A DNA stretch of 63,941 nucleotides, counting the filler, from Intoshia linei (taxonomy: Eukaryota > Animalia > Orthonectida): NCBI GenBank assembly GCA_001642005.1. It is 9 parts of 9 records of this genome, joined end to end, with 100 filler letters (N's around TTAATTAATTAA, not from the genome) between each part and the next. Parts side by side here need not be neighbours in the genome. Positions count along the whole stretch, not along the records: positions 41,905 to 57,831 come from LWCA01000893.1; positions 57,932 to 62,714 come from LWCA01001868.1; positions 62,815 to 63,941 come from LWCA01002775.1; 6 more parts are not named here. One strand, given 5' to 3'. Under the pieces are notes generated by a model, which was not told the DNA's origin, made no database searches, and saw only the letters and a list, made by a program, of their open reading frames with translations. Positions 55,501-63,941 of the stretch are shown here, piece by piece. Made by a program: the position numbers and the translations under genes. Every line of letters starts with the position of its first letter. The first letter of the stretch is position 1.

Positions 55501-56460
55501 AAGAGTAAAACGAATTAAAAAAAATAAAATTTAATTCATTAATTTTGTTAATATTTTATTACCGTAGATACTATTTATATTTCTTAACTATTTTTTTACC
55601 TATATACATTTTTACATAGAATATTGGTACGAACTTAAATTATAAAAATAATTTTACAAACAAATATTAATTAAATTTGTTTATAGTTTTTGAACATACA
55701 TGTATATTTTAAACTTCAATAGTTAATTTACTAAAATTAATTAATGTCGAAAATGATCTTTCACAAGGTTCAATGATCATTATTATACCGTTTGATTCAA
55801 CAAAATATGAAAATATCTATGACATTTCTTGTAAATTTTCAAATGATGAAATCATTTTAATATTCGACATTTTTGAAAGTTTTATAAATTCAGATAAATT
55901 GAAAATTGGTATTATTTAAATTTATTAACACAACGGATTATAAACATTTTCAATAAACTATTATGAATAACTGAGAAATCATAAAATGAAAACTTTAAAC
56001 TTCAAGAAGCGGGAGTTTTTTTGGATAAAAATTACAAATATTAATATCATTCTGCAACATATTAAGCGGCACTTATTTTTATATTAGAAAAATTGAATAG
56101 CCCTAGTATACATATTCCCTTGTCTAACATTTTATTTGTAAAGAATTTTAAAACACAGATTCTAAGATCCGAAATGAAAGAACACTCATGGGTACTCATT
56201 GGTAGATTCGGCGCTGAAAAAATGCATTACAAGGAAGTTTCTATTTCATGAAATAATATAAAAAAACTGTTAGTGGGCACGCGGTTGAAACCACCGATAG
56301 ACATTTATGAAATTAACATGCTGAATAATTAATAAATATTACCGATTCCACACGCTCTTTGTACTCATAAAATTGGTAAATATGACAGATTAACATAATC
56401 CGCCCAACGTTACTGAAACCAGTTCCATTTATGTGCATTTTTAAACCGCCACTAAACATA
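52584..56460 (-). CDS. Receptor tyrosine kinase, Met/Ron-like, copy 2 (5' exons not resolved)
   Basis: Exon-by-exon paralog of copy 1: GGLKMHINGTGF (~56450), FQDPIIYEF, TM at ~54200-54260, VHRDLATRNCL (~53475-53505), ISDFGL, ending KDDYYILPQKI*. Confidence 0.85.
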
Positions 56461-57581
56461 TACAATTATTTTAATGTTTAACATTCAAATTCTACAGTTT
56501 TCCGATTTTGTCTAAATCCAACTACACATATTGTACATAAAGTGACAACTAGTGCTGACAATCGATACAAATGTTTCGATAAATGTATCAATTAATTTTT
56601 TTAACTAAACATTTTCTATAAATTAATTTTGAGAAAAATTCACATTCGCTGATTTGGTCATAATAATGGTCGTGGAGAGCCAACAGTAGGCCCGGGCTCG
56701 ATGGAAAGTGTAAGCCCCTATAAAATTTTTTTAAAAATGGACCTCTATACATTAGTTAATCGAACGTTCATTATCTACTAATGAAAAATAACCATTGGAA
56801 ATCTCATTGATTATCGAAATTATGATATACTTAAGAAATTTTTCATCAATACCTGTTAATAAATTAAAAAAGTAGGCCTTCATGATTGTAGACACGGGAC
56901 ATATGACCCTCTCCAGGACCTCTCCTGTGTGCACTTACTTCAAACCTTTATGATAACGTATCAACTATCATATCCACTAAAAGCTTTGTAAGTACTACTG
57001 CAATATCCAGTAGATATATTATCTATTTTCCATTGAAAAATATCGGAAAATGTAGTAGCCCTGGTCATACCACCAAATTCATTAATCAAAAATAGACTAT
57101 TCAAATATAATGTTAAAGAATCAGAAAATAGACGAATTAAGTAGTAGCGGAAAACATTTACATAATAATTTGAACATATTTATTTACATAAATTTTAATA
57201 GGATCGTTATTGTTGCTTTGAAATGAGAAGTAAGCTAAATCTTCGCATTGTTTTTGATAGGCTCAGTCGCATACCGGCACGGACATCTAATTTATTCCTT
57301 TTTTTTTAATTTGTTAGAATAGACAATCCAGCCTCATAAAACTATGTTTTAACAAAAGTAATAATTACTTCAAAAGCAATTTCAGTCAAAAATGAATAGA
57401 TATTAAGCTTACTACACCAAAAACTACCAAATATCACATTTAAAGCTATCATATCATATATTTCCCAAATGACCAATACAAAAATCAAGAGACTATGTAA
57501 AAAAATTTCTATTTGGGGGTTCAAGTAAATTATAGAGCCTATAAAAAATTTTATATATATTTTAATGTATAAATATATAAT

Positions 57582-57831
57582 TTATTTCGAATACATCAAT
57601 TCTCTTGTAGTTTTATTTAATGACTCACAAAACAGATATTCCTCCTTAATGTTATCATTCACAACATATCTTGCAAACACATCAGTAGATTCGTCCAATT
57701 GTAAACTAAATTTTACTAGGATTTTTCGAGTTTCATCCATAACTTGAAGTTCGATAACTTCTGCTAAATTTTTAATACTTTTACAAAGGAATTGATTTAA
57801 GTGCCCCTTTTTGTTTTTCGCCAAGTAGAAG
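57582..57831 (-). mobile_element. hAT-Buster/ZBED5-like transposase fragment
   Basis: FSLQLDESTDV..ARYV..IKEEYLFCESL. Confidence 0.88.
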
Positions 57832-58214
57832 NNNNNNNNNNNNNNNNNNNNNNNNNNNNNNNNNNNNNNNNNNNNTTAATTAATTAANNNNNNNNNNNNN
57901 NNNNNNNNNNNNNNNNNNNNNNNNNNNNNNNATTATTGGGAATTCGTGTTTCAAAAGAGGAATTGGCATTTCTGAAAGAGTTTTAAAATAAAGAAAAACA
58001 CCCTACCGTTCAAAAAATGGAATTCATTGATCGCATAACGACCGTGAAGTATGAAAAAATTGACAAATGGTTTAGGGTAATTAATTTATAATTTCATATA
58101 TGTATTAACATTTTAGTTTATGAGATTTATGGATAATGCTAAAAAAGATATTATTCAATAACTGTAAAATTACTAAGTAAATATTTTAAATAAAAATTTT
58201 TCTTTTAAATTTTT

Positions 58215-58450
58215 ACATATACTTATTTATATAATATGCTATGCAATATTTGTTTGTGTGTGTTACCGTTTATTTCAATAACTACCAGTCTTAGAATTGT
58301 ATAAAGTCCACATTTCAAATACAGTTTTTTCTGAGGTGTTAGCAAAATATATTTCAACCTCCCAAACTCACATCTTACGGGTCAAAAAGTCCAATTATCC
58401 TTTTTTTTAAAATCAAACGAATTGGAGAATCTAAAAAAATATATACTCCC
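58215..58450 (+). mobile_element. Helitron 5' fragment
   Basis: Reverse-complement match to 62890-63121. Confidence 0.72.
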
Positions 58451-58998
58451 TTAATCCTGAACACGTCACTAAGGTAATATTTATATTTTTTTATTATATA
58501 TTCCTCCTTAAATCAAAAATTTAACATTAATTTTGACATGGTAGCTTCAATAGTGTAATTAAAAAATTATTAATTTTAAATATACGTATGGAGAAATACC
58601 AGTGAGGAATCTACTTTATGCGAGATCCTTCCACCGATGGATATCGACGAAATTTTTTTTAAAATGGTGGCTTTAATTTACTAATTTAAGCATTAAAAAA
58701 AATCTTGAATATCAACTAATTTGAGTGTTAAATTTAAAATGTCAACTCAAGATGCTTAGAAAAGTGGATAGGGTTATATGTCATTATAATTTGTCTACAA
58801 ATTTTTTTTAGGGGGCTATTTTTCATTTTAGGAGTGGCCACGAGCTTGCTAGGTTCGGTTCCGGGAACCACTATCGAACTAAGTTAAATTGTTTATTAAA
58901 TCATAGATTAAATTTATCGCACGTGAAAATTATTCACGTTATTCAGTATGTAACGATTGGCAGAAACAAACTCAGATAAGTTCATCTTAAATTAAAAG

Positions 58999-60429
58999 AT
59001 GTCCAAATCGGGATCCGAACCTAGCCATGATTCCGTGTATCAAGGAATTGGTTCTAGAGCACAACCGCTCAGAAAATGGAAATCTAACTATATTATTAAA
59101 ATATAAGTTAATTCAGATAAAGAACTGAATTTTGAAGATCTAAGATACTTGGTAATCGATTACTTGAATAAAAGAGAATTACCTCCCATAGATATGGCAA
59201 TCCATTATATATAAATGTTCATGAACAGTATGGATGGATCGATAGTGGATAACGCCTTAGATAAAGAAAACAAGCGCATTGCAAGAATGGAGAGAACATC
59301 TAAGAAAACCACTATTAGGGCTAGTGGGATAAGACTAGGAAAAATAGGAGATTCCATAAAGTTTCAAGATCTATGTGTGTTAAAACATTATGAGAATGAA
59401 GAGAAGATGAAAGTTCCTAGAGACACGGTTACAAATAAAAAAATAATTGATTATGGATTGTCAGCATATCTGTTCATAGGTGTCAGACTAAGTTAACTGA
59501 TAGAGCCTAAACACTCTGAATTCAGTAAAGAATCATTCAATCGAATATTGGATAAAATGAACTCTAGTCCTTTCTATTTGACTCCAGATATAAGAGAATC
59601 ATGGCCCAAGACTCCATTGGCCTTTGTAATATATTCTAATAGCACAGAGTTGAAGAAAGAAAATTAATTAGAGAAGTTAAAGAAAATAGCAACTGTGACA
59701 GATTACTTTTGTATGTGCTTCGGAAAATCATACAACAAAAGTATGAAATTGACTACTATTCCCTACATTCTACATGGGCATAAGTGCATTGCAGAATATG
59801 CATCGTATGAAACAGTTCACAGTAATTTCCTTTAGATACGTGTTCAGGACAGTCATAGACGAAAGATTGTATGAAGAACTAATGTTAATATCAATGAGAT
59901 ACAAGTTCGACAATTCTTTATATTCGTTAGATCAGTATGCACGATCCATAAATCTAGTAGAGAAAAATGTCCACTCTGCTACAGCTTCACCTGCTTTTCA
60001 AACCATGTCTTCTGTTTTAATGTTGATGACAGGAGAAAAGAAATATGCAAATATCGGAAAACCAAAAATTGACGTATCCGGTGTAATATTGAATGCATAC
60101 CTGAGCTTTCGAGCTTTAAAAACCATAGACAACAGGAGGTTCAGATTTACGCGAACTTCAGTGACCCTCAGGATGAAGAAAGACAAGAAGCTTCACTAAA
60201 CCGATCCATAATAAATATATTAGAATACATGAGTGAAACAAAGACCTATTCAAACACAAAGATAAAATGGATCTGGTTACACTTCTCCCAGAAACATGTA
60301 GAGAAGACACCCTAGGAAAGTACATCATTTCAACGCCGTATTATAGTGAACAGTTAAGCTGATCTAGGTTTTGATGATGATACAAGAGAACTAGGAGAAG
60401 CAACTCCTGTCTATGATGAAGATGATTAG
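58999..60429 (+). pseudogene. Endogenous rhabdovirus-like nucleoprotein (N) gene, intronless, with stops and frameshifts
   Basis: Reading through TAA stops at 59104, 59212, 59494 and 59665 and a frameshift near 59775 gives blocks co-linear with vesiculovirus N (VSV recalled from memory): GIRLGKIGDSIKFQDL vs GINIGKAGDTIGIFDL; KIATVTDYFCMCFGKSYNKSMKLTTI vs KIVAAVDMFFHMFKKHECASFRYGTI; SLDQYARSINLVEKNVHSATASPAF vs SYMPYLIDFGLSSKSPYSSVKNPAF; REDTLGKY vs REKTIGKY. Confidence 0.85.
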
Positions 60430-61423
60430 ATAATTAAAGTTTCTCACAAAGTATATTTGTAAAAGTGTCTTAGCTGTCTTGTGTAAATATTGATAGAGAA
60501 TGCGCATCTGTGCATATTGTAGTTAACGCTACATCTCCCTCCCAGGAATAGTGGAAGGGGGTATGATAAATACCAAATATATTAATATCATTAAGTAATA
60601 CACCAACTTAAAGAAATTCAATTTCTCCGTCTGAAACTGTTTTTGGTCGTAATATATCTTTGCCGTTTATACCTCAATCTTACATGAATTCTAATAAAAA
60701 ACGTAAAAATTCGATTTATATAGCAAAAGAATATAGAAAACTGTACAATGCTTGAGTCAAACGCAATTATGATAAAACATACCTAAAAAGCCTACATATA
60801 TTTATCAAACTTATACTCCTATTTGGCCAAAAACAAGTAAATTGCAATAACCATTTATGAAACGTGTTCAATATCCTATATCCACACCTACCGAATCTCC
60901 TCAAAAAATATCACAACATATACCACCTGTTAATGATAAAAATGGAGAAAATAATACTGTTCATTCCAATACCGGCTCATCTGATAATTCCAGTATAAAA
61001 ACCAATCTACCAAAAATTATTGGAATTGAAAATTTTATTCGGTAAATTACTGGTAATGAAAAAGTCGATATAATTGAAACACTAGTTACAAGTTGTAACT
61101 TACAACGCTCATAAATCGGTATACATGATATAAATCCCAGAAAAAATATATTTCAAATATAATAAATTAAATATATACCAATAAATAAATCGAATAGCAA
61201 ATAGAAATATTTCAATGTTAGCAGTATTCCTTATTAAAATATTATTAAAAGTGGGATTTTTAAAATAATAATTTAGCTGTCGTCTAGATTTTGGGATAAA
61301 ATCCCAACATCTGGCAACTCTGCAATAATTTATTTTACAAAAATAAATTAAATTTTTAATTTTGCTGTTAACACCTTTGATGATATGTGATAAATTAAAA
61401 ATGTGATATAATGAAAAATACTT

Positions 61424-62714
61424 AATGAACGATATAATTTGATAAACATTTTTCATTATCATTATCTGTCAACAATTGCATTTATAGTAAAACGCTTACA
61501 ATTAATCAAATGATATTGGCTCATTTAGCACATTATTGTTATCTTTTATTTCATATAAATAGCAATAACCAATGAATGTATTGTTGATAATCTGACAGTT
61601 AATTTTTTGTAACGGCTATAATTATATCAGTTAAATTTGATATAATTAACTTTTATAATTGCTAATCTGTGTTGTACAATATAAATTGTATAATTATAAT
61701 GCATTGATCCGTTTGATAAATTTTTAGAAAATTGTACGAAATGTTTTCATATTCAATACGTTTCATGTCTCCGAAAAATGATTATTAATTTTAAAATAAT
61801 TATAATCTACCCATAATATAAATGTAGTACATATTAATATGCATAATATTGATATCATAATGCTAATTAACTTCCTAAAAATAAAAATTTTAACTTTTTG
61901 ACCTTAATGATTACAATTATAATAAATTAAAATTTCGTTTTATGTTTTAATGATTCAGTTTTCCATCTTTTATATCAATTTATTGGTCATAGAAAAACAA
62001 CATCAACATAGAAATAAATAATGTTCATTGAAAATATATTGTGCACTTTGTAGAAAACAGTACATCGTTAATAAATAAAAACATTTTTGGTCAATTTTAG
62101 GATAAATTCTGATAATTTTTGTACTTTAATATAACTTTACCCATTTACTTATATAACATTTAACGTCTGTGTGCTTGTTTGTTACCGATTATTTAACAAA
62201 TTAACAGTCGTAGAATTATAAAAATCTCAATGTCTAATACAACTTTTCGAGATTGATGTCTTTATTCATTTTCAGAAATTGAGTCATAATGTGGTCATAT
62301 ACCCAATTCCCCCCAATTTTAAAAATTAAAATTACACATACATTTTGGGATGTGTTTTAAAATCATTACATTGTAACAATATCCCAAATCTCAGTCTCAT
62401 AAACTTATATATTCATAATCAAAACCATGAATTACACTTTACATATACAAAGTAATATATGTTTAATCAGTAATAATAAAATGTAATATATCAAATTTAA
62501 TATAATGTAGTTAAGAATTATAACCGTTACAAAAAATTAACTGTCAGATTATCAACAATACATTCATTGGTTATTGGTAATTATATAAAATAACAAATAA
62601 CAATAATGTGCTAAATGAGCCAATACATTTGATTAATTTAAGCATAGCAGACAAAATGCCCTAGTTGACAAACAATGATGATGGAAAATATTTATCAAAT
62701 GATATCTTTCATTA
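61424..62714. mobile_element. Long-TIR (Mutator/foldback-like) non-autonomous element
   Basis: 61424-61650 is the reverse complement of ~62490-62714 (e.g. ttggctcatttagcacattattgtt / aacaataatgtgctaaatgagccaa). The right end runs into a gap. Confidence 0.8.
62139..62260 (+). mobile_element. Helitron-like 5' fragment nested in the long-TIR element
   Basis: tacttatataa...tgtgtgcttgtttgttaccg...tagaatt resembles 58220-58330. Confidence 0.55.
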
Positions 62715-62814
62715 NNNNNNNNNNNNNNNNNNNNNNNNNNNNNNNNNNNNNNNNNNNNTTAATTAATTAANNNNNNNNNNNNNNNNNNNNNNNNNNNNNN
62801 NNNNNNNNNNNNNN

Positions 62815-63121
62815 GCCCTGAAAATATAATTTTTTTAAATTTAAATTTATGGTAATGTTTATGATTTTGAAATCCTTATCAGCGTATATATTTTTTAAAT
62901 TCTTCAACTCGTTTGATTTTCAAAAAGAGGGACAACTGGGTTTTTGACCCGTAAGATGTGAAATTGGGAGATTGAAATTCATCTTATTATACGTCCCGGA
63001 AAAGACTGTAATTGAAATGTGAACTGTATAAAATTCTAACACGGGTAGTTATTTAAATAAAGCATAACACACACACAGACACACACAAACAAAAATCGCG
63101 TAACATATTATATAAGTAGGA
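62815..63121 (-). mobile_element. Helitron 5' terminus
   Basis: Minus strand A|TCCTACTTATATAATATG...tttgtttgtgtgtgtctgtgtgtg: a TC start after A plus a short GT microsatellite. Confidence 0.8.
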
Positions 63122-63301
63122 TAATTATACTATCGATAATGATTTGAAAATACTGCCTAAAACGTAATATTTTGAATAAATAATGAAATGAGTGATATAT
63201 TATCATAATATATGTAATTAAATATCATGATAATCACTAATAATAATGAATAATTATATTTGACATTGGCTTGACTATTATATAATTCGTACAAACAGAC
63301 T

Positions 63302-63773
63302 ATGTTAGGGTGTTAACTTTATGATCTAAAAGTAAAAAAGTATCATTATGATATTACAATGTAGTAATATTAACTACATGTATGAAAAATTTTTTTAATG
63401 AATGTATGATTTTTTGCAATTACTGATGAAATTGTGAATATAAAATATAGAAAGAATATTTTTTGTCATTAATTAGACCCATTTTAATTTTTTTCGCAGG
63501 CAAGTAAGATTGTCATCAATAGAAATGAAGATTTCAATAATATAAACATAATGGGAAGGTTACACATAATTTTATACATTTTAATCTTTGTAAATTTTAT
63601 TTATGAAAACTATTTTCTTGTTTATTCATGTCAAGTCTATTGAGGCCAATATTTTTAAAAATTGAGGCTGAAGAAATGGTACCACCGTATTATTTTATAC
63701 ATCTTATAATTTATTTTCTAATCCTGTATGACCCTGTATTTTTGTTTTAAGAAAAAAGTTAACACCCTACTGT
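63302..63773. mobile_element. Degenerate TA-target MITE
   Basis: tagggtgttaactttt ... aaaagttaacaccctactg-TA. The same ends occur back-to-back at 9462-9500. Confidence 0.55.
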
Positions 63774-63941
63774 ACGTAGTTACTTATTAAAGTTACAATT
63801 ATTAAAAGAGTGGTTTCAAACGTTTTTAACATGCAGTGGTAATTTAACTAACAGTATGAGTGGAAAGTAATCAAAATTTTAATGTTTTAAAAATATTTTA
63901 TATTATATTTTAGGTTAAAAAAGAAAGTGCTAGAACATAAT

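Noticed and set aside
59104-59667. All four in-frame stops of the viral N are TAA, suggesting stop-codon reassignment
   Set aside because: Host genes here end in TAA (Raf, RTK copy 1) and the element also has frameshifts. AT-biased decay explains the pattern.

Overview
AT-rich eukaryotic (animal) genomic DNA with very short introns (about 35-50 nt), dense DNA-transposon debris and eight 100-nt placeholder gaps (N44-TTAATTAATTAA-N44). It is not prokaryotic. The organism is not determined; the intron size and AT content suggest a compact invertebrate or parasite genome (inference). Host genes, all on the minus strand, are a bacterial-type (mitochondrial) isoleucyl-tRNA synthetase, an unknown multi-exon gene, a Raf kinase, diphthine methyl ester synthase DPH5, an MFS transporter fragment and two tandem Met/Ron-like IPT-domain receptor tyrosine kinases. 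Mobile DNA includes Tigger/pogo, mariner, Tc3-like, hAT-Buster, hATm-like, Chapaev3-like and Gypsy remnants, many MITEs and a non-autonomous Helitron family. Two observations stand out. (1) A full-length, intronless, pseudogenised rhabdovirus-like nucleoprotein gene (endogenous viral element) lies at 58999-60429. (2) An ~8.4 kb satellite of ~144-bp monomers (14205-22575) appears to sit inside a Helitron copy.
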